Below, piece after piece: positions 1-8,893 of a DNA stretch of 64,000 nt; the stretch's first letter is position 1, and every line of letters begins with the position of its first letter. The stretch comes from Terriglobia bacterium. Lineage in GTDB: Bacteria > Acidobacteriota > Terriglobia > 20CM-2-55-15. The translations under genes and the position numbers were made by a program. Below the pieces are notes generated by a model. The model was not told where the DNA came from. It worked only from the letters and a program-made list of their open reading frames with translations, and made no database searches. The DNA lies in contig CAXWPJ010000006.1 in assembly GCA_963664115.2 (NCBI GenBank), forward strand, positions 160,001 through 224,000. Reading direction: 5' to 3'.

Positions 1-1
1 C

Positions 2-1114
2 AGCGACATCCACCTGGAGCCCTATGACCGGGAATTCAGGCTGCGATTCAGGACTGATGGTCAGCTCGTGACGGTCATGAATTTACCGCTCACGATCAAG
101 GACGCTCTGACATCGCGGCTGAAGATCATGGCGCGTTTGGACATTGCGGAGAGAAGGATTCCACAGGACGGCCGGATCCGGCTCAATGTGCGTCTGGGTG
201 ATGGTGTAAAGGAAATGGACTTCCGCGTATCGATTCTACCCACGCTCTTTGGCGAGAAAATCGTGATGCGGTTGCTGGACAAGGGCAACCTCATGTTCGA
301 CATGGGTGGCCTCGGATTGGATCATGAATCTCTCGCTCGATTTCAAACGGCGATCCACAAACCGTTCGGGTTAATCCTGGTGACGGGTCCGACTGGAAGT
401 GGCAAGACCAACACCCTGTACTCGGCGATCTCGCAAATCAACCAGCCGAATGTGAACATCATGACGGCCGAGGATCCGGTCGAATTCACGATGAAGGGTG
501 TGAACCAGGTGCAGATCAATGAACGGGTTGGAATGAACTTTGCGGCTGCGCTTCGATCGTTCATGAGACAGGATCCGGACGTCGTTCTCATCGGGGAAAT
601 GCGAGACCGTGAGACCGCCGATATGGCTATCAAGGCCTCGCTCACAGGTCACCTGGTACTCAGCACCGTGCACACCAACAGTGCTCCTGCAGCAATTGAC
701 CGGCTCGTGAACATGGACATCGAACCCTTCCTGATCGCATCTTCGCTGCAGTTGATCTGCGCGCAACGCCTCGTCCGGCGCATCTGCAACTCCTGTAACG
801 AAACCGTTTCTGTCGAATCCTCTGTGCTGCGTCAGGCCGGATTTGCGAACCAAGAACTGGAGTCCATCAAGCCTCAGAAAGGGCGCGGTTGTGACGAGTG
901 TCGGGGTTCGGGCTACAAGGGCCGGGTCGGTCTCTATGAGGTCATGGAGATCAATGAGGACATCAGGAAGTTGATTCTTTCACGTGCGTCCGCCATCGAA
1001 ATCCGTGAAGCGGCCGAACGGAACGGGATGATCACGCTACGGGGTAGTGGGCTGCAGAAAGTGCGGGACGGCGTCACCTCGCTCGAACAGGTGATACAGG
1101 AAACCAGCATCTGA
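2..1114 (+). CDS. pilB: Type IV pilus / T2SS assembly ATPase (PilB/GspE family), 5' end outside window
   Basis: Frame is open from base 2 (SDIHLEPY...). Contains LDIAERRIPQDGRI, Walker A GPTGSGKT, AEDPVE, MRQDPDVVLIGEMRD, TGHLVLSTVHTN and a tetra-Cys zinc motif ending GCDECRGSGYKGR. Confidence 0.9.
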   Translation, partial: SDIHLEPYDREFRLRFRTDGQLVTVMNLPLTIKDALTSRLKIMARLDIAERRIPQDGRIRLNVRLGDGVKEMDFRVSILPTLFGEKIVMRLLDKGNLMFDMGGLGLDHESLARFQTAIHKPFGLILVTGPTGSGKTNTLYSAISQINQPNVNIMTAEDPVEFTMKGVNQVQINERVGMNFAAALRSFMRQDPDVVLIGEMRDRETADMAIKASLTGHLVLSTVHTNSAPAAIDRLVNMDIEPFLIASSLQLICAQRLVRRICNSCNETVSVESSVLRQAGFANQELESIKPQKGRGCDECRGSGYKGRVGLYEVMEINEDIRKLILSRASAIEIREAAERNGMITLRGSGLQKVRDGVTSLEQVIQETSI

Positions 1115-1237
1115 AGGTTTATGGCCAAGTTAATCAACGCTGACCGAAGCGATGCTTTGTCGGAGAAAGTTGATCAATCTGAATCCAAAGGCCGTCAATT
1201 TGATTCGAGGATGTTAAGTTGATAACGTCGCCCAGTC

Positions 1238-4200
1238 TCACCGTGCCGCTGTTGGGAAATTGATCTCCGCAGTTCCGGCTGGACTGTCGAAGCCAACCGT
1301 CACACGCCACTCGCCCGCCATGGGTAGGTCAATCGTGCCGCGCCACTGCCCGGGCTCGGCGGGCACCACATCTGCAGTCGCATGCATCGCCTGCATCGCT
1401 CCCATTGCCGGCATGAAGAGCTCGACGTTGACATTGGAAGCAGCGACCGGCTGGCCGGTTGCCGCGTCGAGGATCTGGAGGCCAAACGCATTGGCTCCAG
1501 AGCGGAACACGCCCGCTGGGTGCCGCAAGTAAATCTCGAATTCATTCTGCTGTTGTGTATGGATGATTGCGGCCGAAAGGACATCGTCGCCCGCGGGCCG
1601 GTTCATCCAGGCCAGGCCCAATGTTGTCGACAGAACCAAGACCGATGCACGCCCACTTCCGATTGTCGCCCACTTCCAACCCCCAGACACGGCGGGTTCC
1701 CTAGTCACGCCAATCGGTTCCGGCAGGGCCGGATGTGTCAGAATCGCCGACCAACCCTCCATCTCCACCCGCTTCCAGATCGCGAAGATCGCGGGATAAA
1801 TTGTCAATGTGAGGAGGAACGAGGTCACCAGCCCGCCAACCATCGGCGCGGCAACACGCTTCATAACATCGGCACCGATCTCGGTCGTACTGGTCCACAG
1901 GATTGGCATCAGTCCGATCATCGTTGTGCCCACCGCCATGACTTTCGGACGCACGCGCCGGACGGCACCTTCGTGTATCGCTTCTTTCAGGTCGACAAAG
2001 TTGCGCATCTGTCCCACAGCCTTCGCCTTCTCATACGCCAGGTCCAGGTACAGCAGCATGACGGCCCCGGTCTCTGCCGCCAGTCCCGCCAGGGCGATCA
2101 TCCCGACCCAGACAGCAATACTCAGGTTGTAGTCGAGCAGGTAAAGAAGCCAGAAACCGCCGATCAGGGAAAAGGGTATCGCCATCAGGAGCATCACAGT
2201 TTTTCGCCAGTCTCTAAAATTCATGTACAAGAGGAAGAACACGAGGAACAACGTCAGCGGGATGACGACTCCGAGCCTCTCCCGCATTCGCTGCAGATAC
2301 TGATACTGACCTGCCCACTCCAGCCGGTATCCTGCCGGGAGCGTGACCTCCCTGCTGATGATCTGCTGTGCCCGCTCGACATAGCCTTCGTAGTCGGGGT
2401 CACTCACGTCCACGAACACGTACCCGACTAGTTGCGCGTTCTCGTCCCGGATCATCGATGGGCCCGTGGTATAGGTGATGTCGGCCACGAGCGATATGGG
2501 AATCTGAGCGCCCGAGGGTGTAGGAACGAGCAGCTGTCCCAGGCGGTCGGGATCGTCCCGAAGCTCCCGGAGGTAACGGACGTTGATGGGGTATCGCTCC
2601 CTGCCCTCAATCGCGTACGACACATCCTTGCCGCCGACTGCGGTTTCAATGATGTCCTGAACATCCTGGACAGTAAGGCCGTAGCGTGCTGCCTCCCCAC
2701 GGCGTACCGTGAAGTCCAGGAAATATCCACCGGTTACGCGGTCCGCAAACGCGCTGCGCGTGCCTTCGACGTTGGCAAGCGCGTTCTCGATATCGAGTGC
2801 GACACTCTCGATGGTATTGAGGTCGCTGCCGAAGACTTTGATCCCCAGGTTGCTGCGGATCCCGGTATTGAGCATCTCGGTCCGTGTCTGTATCGGCATC
2901 CACCAGATATTGGTCATGCCGGGTACCTTTACTTGCGGGTCGAGCTCTGCTATCAGCTCGTCCCATGACATCGGCCGTTCTTCAGGCCACAGCCGGTTGA
3001 GCAGGGGCCGCAGCCAGTCCGGAGCACCTTCCGAGTACCAGCGGTCCTCCCTCACAGTGCGCCACTCGCTCTGGTCTTTCAGCAACACGGTTGTTTCCGC
3101 CATGCTCAGTGGCGCGGAATCGGTCGACGTGGTCGCTCGCCCGATCTTTCCAAACACTCGTTCGACTTCAGGTGCCTCGGCGAGAATCCGGTCCTGGATT
3201 TGAAGAATCCGTCCGGCTTCGGCGATCGGCATACCCGGAACTGCCGTCGGCATGAATAAAATTGAGCCCTCGTTCAAGGGAGGCATGAACTCGGATCCCA
3301 GACGCTGGAATACCGGAATGGTCGACAGGCCCAAAACTAAGGCCACTATGATGACCGTTTTGGGAAAGCGCACCACGAAGTTTAAGACCGGCGTATACAA
3401 CCAGAACAGAAATCTGCTGATCGGGTGCTTGTCTTCGGACCGAATGCGACCCCGGATCAGGAGGACCCCAAGGGCGGGAACCAAGGTGACTGCCAGAATG
3501 GCGGCGAAGGCCATTGAAAATGTTTTCGTGTAGGCGAGCGGTTTGAAGAGGCGGCCCTCCTGAGCCTGGAGCGTGAAAACCGGCAAGAAAGAAACGGTAA
3601 TCACAAGCAGCGCAAAGAAGATCGTTCGCCCCACTTCCTGAAAGGATGAGATCAAGACCTCAATTCGCTTGCCGGGCCGGCCCTCCCGTTCCCAGTGATT
3701 CAGTCTCTTGTGAGCGTTCTCGACCAGAACGATCGAGGCGTCGACCATCGCACCAATGGCAACGGCAATCCCTCCCAACGACATGATGCTGGCGGTCAGA
3801 CCCATGTAGTACATCGGGATGAACGACAGGGCAACGGCAATGGGGAGGACGATAATCGCCACCAGCGACGTGCCTAAATGGAGCAGGAACAAGATGATGA
3901 CGATGCTGACGACGACCATCTCTTGGGTCAGGGCGTTGCGAAGCGTATCGATCGCGCGCAGGATCAGTTCAGATCTGTCGTAGGTTGTGACGATTCGAAC
4001 ACCGGCGGGCAGCGTGGACTCGATTTCAGCCAGGCGTTGCTTGACGCCCCTGATCACGTCGATCGCGTCTTCGCCGTAACGCATCACGACAATACCGCCA
4101 ACTGCTTCACCGCGGCCATCGAGTTCGGCGACGCCACGGCGCATGGCGGGTCCGAGTTGCACGGTGCCCAGGTCCCGCACGAGGATGGGGGTTCCCGACG

Positions 4201-4954
4201 GACTCACATGGACCGGCACCTGTTCCAGATCCTGGGTCGAACTCACATAGCCGCGGCCACGCACCATGTACTCGGTCGTCGCGATTTCCAACGATCTGCC
4301 GCCCACGTCGCTGTTGCTGCGCCGAATCGCGTCGATGACCTGGCTGAGTGAGATGTTGTAGCCCAGGAGCTTATTCGGATCGACATTCACCTGGTACTGC
4401 TTCACGAACCCGCCGACGCTGGCCACCTCGGCGACGCCGTCCACGGCCTCCAGGGCGTAGCGCAGCGTCCAATCCTGAAAACTGCGCAGCTGCTGCAGGT
4501 CCATCTGGCCGGTCTCGTCCACCAGAGCGTACTGGAACACCCAACCGACAGCGGTGGCGTCAGGACCGAGTGCCGGATTGACGCCTTCGGGAAGCTGACC
4601 GCTAATCTTACTGAGGTATTCGATCACCCGGCTACGTGCCCAGTAAATGTCGGTTCCGTCCTCGAAGATGATGTATACGTAGGAAAAGCCAAAGTCGGAC
4701 AGACCCCGTACCAATTGGACCTCGGGCGCCGCGACCATCGAGCTGACGATGGGGTAGGTGATCTGATCTTCGACCAGATCCGGACTTTGTCCAGCCCACT
4801 CAGTAAAAACGATTACCTGCGTGTCGGACAGGTCGGGAACTGCATCGAGAGGGACGTTCACCAATGCCCAAAGCCCCCACGCGAGAGCGAACGCGACCAG
4901 TACGAAGACGAGGAAGCGCTGGCGGGCGCTGAAATCGATGAGACGCTCTATCAT
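1238..4954 (-). CDS. cusA: CusA/CzcA-family heavy-metal RND efflux pump with a C-terminal YtkA/FixH-like extension
   Basis: 1238 aa. Has LDAVPDLSDTQVIV, SEFMPPLNEG, APLSMAET and VRRVRPKVM. About 170 extra C-terminal residues contain a hydrophobic segment and MPAMGAMQAMH...MAGEWRVTV. Confidence 0.9.
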   Translation of the reverse strand: MIERLIDFSARQRFLVFVLVAFALAWGLWALVNVPLDAVPDLSDTQVIVFTEWAGQSPDLVEDQITYPIVSSMVAAPEVQLVRGLSDFGFSYVYIIFEDGTDIYWARSRVIEYLSKISGQLPEGVNPALGPDATAVGWVFQYALVDETGQMDLQQLRSFQDWTLRYALEAVDGVAEVASVGGFVKQYQVNVDPNKLLGYNISLSQVIDAIRRSNSDVGGRSLEIATTEYMVRGRGYVSSTQDLEQVPVHVSPSGTPILVRDLGTVQLGPAMRRGVAELDGRGEAVGGIVVMRYGEDAIDVIRGVKQRLAEIESTLPAGVRIVTTYDRSELILRAIDTLRNALTQEMVVVSIVIILFLLHLGTSLVAIIVLPIAVALSFIPMYYMGLTASIMSLGGIAVAIGAMVDASIVLVENAHKRLNHWEREGRPGKRIEVLISSFQEVGRTIFFALLVITVSFLPVFTLQAQEGRLFKPLAYTKTFSMAFAAILAVTLVPALGVLLIRGRIRSEDKHPISRFLFWLYTPVLNFVVRFPKTVIIVALVLGLSTIPVFQRLGSEFMPPLNEGSILFMPTAVPGMPIAEAGRILQIQDRILAEAPEVERVFGKIGRATTSTDSAPLSMAETTVLLKDQSEWRTVREDRWYSEGAPDWLRPLLNRLWPEERPMSWDELIAELDPQVKVPGMTNIWWMPIQTRTEMLNTGIRSNLGIKVFGSDLNTIESVALDIENALANVEGTRSAFADRVTGGYFLDFTVRRGEAARYGLTVQDVQDIIETAVGGKDVSYAIEGRERYPINVRYLRELRDDPDRLGQLLVPTPSGAQIPISLVADITYTTGPSMIRDENAQLVGYVFVDVSDPDYEGYVERAQQIISREVTLPAGYRLEWAGQYQYLQRMRERLGVVIPLTLFLVFFLLYMNFRDWRKTVMLLMAIPFSLIGGFWLLYLLDYNLSIAVWVGMIALAGLAAETGAVMLLYLDLAYEKAKAVGQMRNFVDLKEAIHEGAVRRVRPKVMAVGTTMIGLMPILWTSTTEIGADVMKRVAAPMVGGLVTSFLLTLTIYPAIFAIWKRVEMEGWSAILTHPALPEPIGVTREPAVSGGWKWATIGSGRASVLVLSTTLGLAWMNRPAGDDVLSAAIIHTQQQNEFEIYLRHPAGVFRSGANAFGLQILDAATGQPVAASNVNVELFMPAMGAMQAMHATADVVPAEPGQWRGTIDLPMAGEWRVTVGFDSPAGTAEINFPTAAR

Positions 4955-6417
4955 TGCGGGTTCTCGCCCTGCCAGACGGGCTCCGCCGCCTGCAACTTGC
5001 TTTCCGCGTCGATCAGGAAGTTACCGGAAGTCACGACAAGCTCGCCCTCGACGAGACCTCCAAGTATCTCGAAGTGATCACTGACCTTCGCTCCGAGTTG
5101 AACGTTCCGGATTTCCATGCGTCCCTCGCCGCGGTCGACGAAGACGATGTTCCGCAACCCGGTCGGCAACACCGCGGATTCGGGCACCATCAGCCGGCGT
5201 CCCATTGACGCACTTAACTCGACATCGGCGTACATTCCCGGCTTGAGCGTGAGATCGGCATTCGCGAACTCGACACGAAGCGTCAGCGTCCGCGTACGTT
5301 CGTTCACATGCGGATCGATGAAAGTTACGCGGCCCGCGAACTCGCGTCCCGGGAGAGCCTGGACTCGCATCACGGCGCGCAGTCCAGTCCGCACCCACGC
5401 GATGTCGTTTTCGTACACGTCCGCCTTGACCCAAACGACGGAGTGGTCCGCAATTTCATAGAGTTTCGTTTCCGGCGTGACGTGCTGGCCTGGGAAGGCA
5501 TTTCGGGTCATGACGTGACCCGTGAATGGTGAATAGATCGTCATTGTCCGGAATGGTTCCCGAGCTTCCTCAAGTTGCTCGATCTGTTCGGGAGTGATGT
5601 CCCACAGCTCCAGGCGCCGCCGCGCCGCCCGAACCAGGTCTTGGGCACCCAATGCCACGGACGGAAACCTGCTCTCGCCCAGCATGTCCAGACCCCGCAG
5701 GGCCAGCAGGTACTCCTCCTGTGTGGCAACGAGTTCGGGGCTGTACAACGTGAACAGAGCGTCGCCGTTCTGGACGTGCTGGTACTGGAAATCCACGAAA
5801 GACTCCTCGATCCAACCTGCGACCTTGGGATGCACTTCGCTCATTCGTGTCTCGTCGAGCGCCACGGTTCCGATCGTGCGCAGCGTCCGATCGAAGGTCT
5901 CATACCTTACCGGAGACGTCCGGACGCCTATAAATTGCTGGCGGCCCGAATCAACGAAAAACATCGCCTGGTCCTGATTCGGAGTGGGGACGGTGCCCTG
6001 GGTGGCCTCCCCCGAAATCGCAAACACCTGAATCGTGTTCTCTCCTGGGTTGGTGGCATCAAGTGTCTCTATCCGGAACTCGATGCCATCGTCAACCGTG
6101 AAGGCTTCGAGCTCTACGTCGTCAGACACAGGAAACGTCATCGTCATAGCGCCCATCAGACCCGGGATCTGCTCATGAGCAATTGCGAGCTGACGGTCGT
6201 CGATCTGGATGTCACGGATCACGCCCTGTCCGACGTAGGGGTCCTCGCGTGTCCCTCGAGGGGTGGAATCTCTCATCCCGGCATCCGCAGGCACGCCCGG
6301 CTCGGACGCGGCATCCCTCGAAAGATACTGACGATATAGATCGCGGTAGAGGTAGACGGATCCCACCGCCACCGCCACCACCGCCACCATTGCAGCCTTC
6401 AATAGAATGCGTTTCAT
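4951..6417 (-). CDS. cusB: CusB-type RND periplasmic adaptor with an N-terminal CusF-like copper-binding domain
   Basis: N-terminal membrane anchor; CusF-like IAHEQIPGLMGAMTMTF; membrane-fusion-protein motifs YSPELVATQEEYL, LKPGMYA and GNFLIDAES. Confidence 0.88.
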   Translation of the reverse strand: MKRILLKAAMVAVVAVAVGSVYLYRDLYRQYLSRDAASEPGVPADAGMRDSTPRGTREDPYVGQGVIRDIQIDDRQLAIAHEQIPGLMGAMTMTFPVSDDVELEAFTVDDGIEFRIETLDATNPGENTIQVFAISGEATQGTVPTPNQDQAMFFVDSGRQQFIGVRTSPVRYETFDRTLRTIGTVALDETRMSEVHPKVAGWIEESFVDFQYQHVQNGDALFTLYSPELVATQEEYLLALRGLDMLGESRFPSVALGAQDLVRAARRRLELWDITPEQIEQLEEAREPFRTMTIYSPFTGHVMTRNAFPGQHVTPETKLYEIADHSVVWVKADVYENDIAWVRTGLRAVMRVQALPGREFAGRVTFIDPHVNERTRTLTLRVEFANADLTLKPGMYADVELSASMGRRLMVPESAVLPTGLRNIVFVDRGEGRMEIRNVQLGAKVSDHFEILGGLVEGELVVTSGNFLIDAESKLQAAEPVWQGENPQ

Positions 6418-7136
6418 TGGATACTCCCCCGATAGGTCTGAATCTGAGGCTCGTAAACCTTGTTCCAGATGTGTTGGTATGTATCCCTGTTCAAGGGAAT
6501 CTTCAGATCGAAATGGAAGGTTTCCTCTCTGGTCGAGATCCGCAGATCGAATTCGTTAGTTGATGCAAACGATTCCACGTCGGCCAAGCGCCAGATGCGG
6601 GAATCGTTTGGATTGTCGGTGACGTAGATGATCCTGTTCTCCGTGACGTCAATGATCCCCTGACAGCCCCCGAAAAGATGGTCATGGCGGACTGGAAATT
6701 CTTGCACGACCTGGTCCGCCGCGGCCGCGAAAGTTCCACTTGAGCTATCAGTGTCGGAAGTGTTGCCGGGGATTATCCGAGTACGAATGGGTCGGAGACT
6801 GCGTGCTTCCAGATATGCGTACACATCCCCATCGAGGGAATCGTCGTTCAGGCGAAACGCGAAAGCTCTATCCCCCCAAAGTTTGAGAATCCCATCGCTT
6901 TCATAGGTGTGAATACGAATTTCGCTGGCCGAAACGATCTCGAACGACTCCACTTCTGGATAATTCCAATCACGCGCGTGATCATCGTTCGACGTTTCGT
7001 ATCTAATCGAATCTTCGGAGATAAGCAGTTGGCCCTCACACGCGCCAAACATGTGATCATGACGCACATCGAGAGTCCATCCAGGTGGTGTCGGGCCCGA
7101 CTGCGCCATCAACAGAAACAACAGAAACGCCGTCAT
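6414..7136 (-). CDS. Exported hypothetical protein with two internal repeats carrying an HDHxFGxC motif
   Basis: Signal-like N-terminus; repeats VRHDHMFGACEG and VRHDHLFGGCQG; 4-bp overlaps with both neighbours. Confidence 0.75.
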   Translation of the reverse strand: MTAFLLFLLMAQSGPTPPGWTLDVRHDHMFGACEGQLLISEDSIRYETSNDDHARDWNYPEVESFEIVSASEIRIHTYESDGILKLWGDRAFAFRLNDDSLDGDVYAYLEARSLRPIRTRIIPGNTSDTDSSSGTFAAAADQVVQEFPVRHDHLFGGCQGIIDVTENRIIYVTDNPNDSRIWRLADVESFASTNEFDLRISTREETFHFDLKIPLNRDTYQHIWNKVYEPQIQTYRGSIQ

Positions 7137-8386
7137 TCGGAACCTCCAGTCTGAAGCAACTCGAGACCCGTCAGTTCTTCGAGACCGGCCAGCGCCTTCT
7201 CGTGTTCGACGAGTTGCGCGTAGTATTCGACCTCGAAGTCCAACAGCGCCGACCAGTTGTCCAGGACACCGAGGAAATCGATGTCACCGACACGATAGGC
7301 AGTCAGCGACGACTCCAACGTCAACGATGCTTGAGGAATGACCGCTTCGCGATACAGGCTTTCCAGACGATCGGTCCTCTCAACCAGAAGGTACAGATCC
7401 CTCACCTGGCGGAAGAGCGCCTGGCCTGTCGCCTCGAACTCGTTTCGCGACATTTGAAGCGTCGATCCTGCCTGTTCGACCGCACGCCGTTCCTTTTGCC
7501 AGAAGAACAGCGGGATGTCGGTCGAGATCGATACCTCCCACATATCATCGAAAGCGCCCATGAACATGCGGCCGACCTTCACGTCGAAGTCTGGAAGATG
7601 TTCCTTCCGAGCCAACCGGAGAGCGCTGGCGTCGCGATCAATATTGAGCCGGCGCGAATCGAGAATGGGATTGGCTTCTTCGGCAACGGCGTAAAGCTGT
7701 TCAGACGAATAGTCGAGGATTGACGGGCTCAGTTCGCTAGCAGAGCGCACCAATGTATCCGGAGGCCGGTGCAATAGCTGATTGATGTGCGCCGCAAGCG
7801 AACCGGCCTGCTCGGTGAGGACAGCCATCCGGTCTTCCAGCAGCGTCTCTTCCACCTGCGCGCGCAGGACATCCTGCTGCAGTCCCGACCCAACCTCATA
7901 GCGGCTTCTTGCAACACTAACGAAACGGTTCAGGAGCACACGGCTCTGCTCGACGGTTTCGATCGACCGTTCCACGTGGTAGAGATCGAAGTACGCGCGC
8001 TTCAGTTCGCTCATGACCCGCAGCCTCACCGCGTCATACAGCCGGCCCTCACGGTCGGCTTCCGCCCGAGCGATTTCCCCTCGCAAGCCGAGTTTGCCAG
8101 GGAAAGGAAGACGCTGGGTGACCATGGGTTCTACGAAACTCATCGGATTCTCACCGAGAGATGTGCCGGGCAGCGGACTGCCGGAGTTCCAATATCCGAA
8201 GCTGACAATCGGATTCGGGAGCGCACGGGCCTGCGATGGTCGCGCCGTTGCTGCCTCCCAGCGCCGACTGGCAGCTTGAATCTCGGGGTTTTGCCGCAGC
8301 GCGATCCGTACCAAGTCATCGAGATCGTTGGACATCGGCGGCGAAAGCTGTGCAAACAGAATTAATAACGCAAAGAAACCAGGCAT
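7133..8386 (-). CDS. TolC/CusC-family outer-membrane efflux protein
   Basis: Signal peptide; QRLPFPGKLGLRGEIA, YEVGSGLQQDVLRAQVE and AYRVGDIDFLGVLD are typical of heavy-metal TolC proteins; sits in the cus operon. Confidence 0.88.
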   Translation of the reverse strand: MPGFFALLILFAQLSPPMSNDLDDLVRIALRQNPEIQAASRRWEAATARPSQARALPNPIVSFGYWNSGSPLPGTSLGENPMSFVEPMVTQRLPFPGKLGLRGEIARAEADREGRLYDAVRLRVMSELKRAYFDLYHVERSIETVEQSRVLLNRFVSVARSRYEVGSGLQQDVLRAQVEETLLEDRMAVLTEQAGSLAAHINQLLHRPPDTLVRSASELSPSILDYSSEQLYAVAEEANPILDSRRLNIDRDASALRLARKEHLPDFDVKVGRMFMGAFDDMWEVSISTDIPLFFWQKERRAVEQAGSTLQMSRNEFEATGQALFRQVRDLYLLVERTDRLESLYREAVIPQASLTLESSLTAYRVGDIDFLGVLDNWSALLDFEVEYYAQLVEHEKALAGLEELTGLELLQTGGSE

Positions 8387-8454
8387 AGGGCACCAACCTC
8401 ACTTCTTGAGACAGAAAGAGATTCGGAACAACAAGAGGGCAGTCAGTGCCTGTT

Positions 8455-8817
8455 CTAGATCAGGAAAGTACTATTCAGGAGAAAAACGGGCGGTGAAACT
8501 GTAGCTAAGACGAGTGGTAATTCCTCGTCGAACTCGAACGCCGGAATCTCATTCGAGAAGGAAACTGGGTTGGACGACGGGAGAATGGCAAGACCTATAG
8601 GAGCGCTGAGGCCGACGTTCGTCGGCAGGGTCGCGCTTTCGACACAAGCCAGGCAGCAGTCGTGATTCGAACCCAGCGCTGGCCCCTCGAAGTCCTCCAT
8701 TGGCATCGGGCAGGTCGGCATCCCCGGAGCCCCCATAACGCAGAGCGTCACAAATATGTTCACTCCCAGGAATCCCAGGAGAAGCATTCCGGCTATGGGC
8801 TTGGAGAGGATTTGCAT
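8455..8817 (-). CDS. Small Cys/Met-rich membrane-anchored protein, first gene of the metal-efflux operon
   Basis: Hydrophobic N-terminus, CVMGAPGMPTCPMPM, HDCCLAC and C-terminal SPPVFLLNSTFLI; same strand as and just upstream of tolC. Confidence 0.65.
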   Translation of the reverse strand: MQILSKPIAGMLLLGFLGVNIFVTLCVMGAPGMPTCPMPMEDFEGPALGSNHDCCLACVESATLPTNVGLSAPIGLAILPSSNPVSFSNEIPAFEFDEELPLVLATVSPPVFLLNSTFLI

Positions 8818-8893
8818 TACCAAAGAATCATATCATGGCAGGGTAAAGTTGAACTGTTCGGGGACTTGCTCGCAGCCCTCTACGGCCTCTAAG

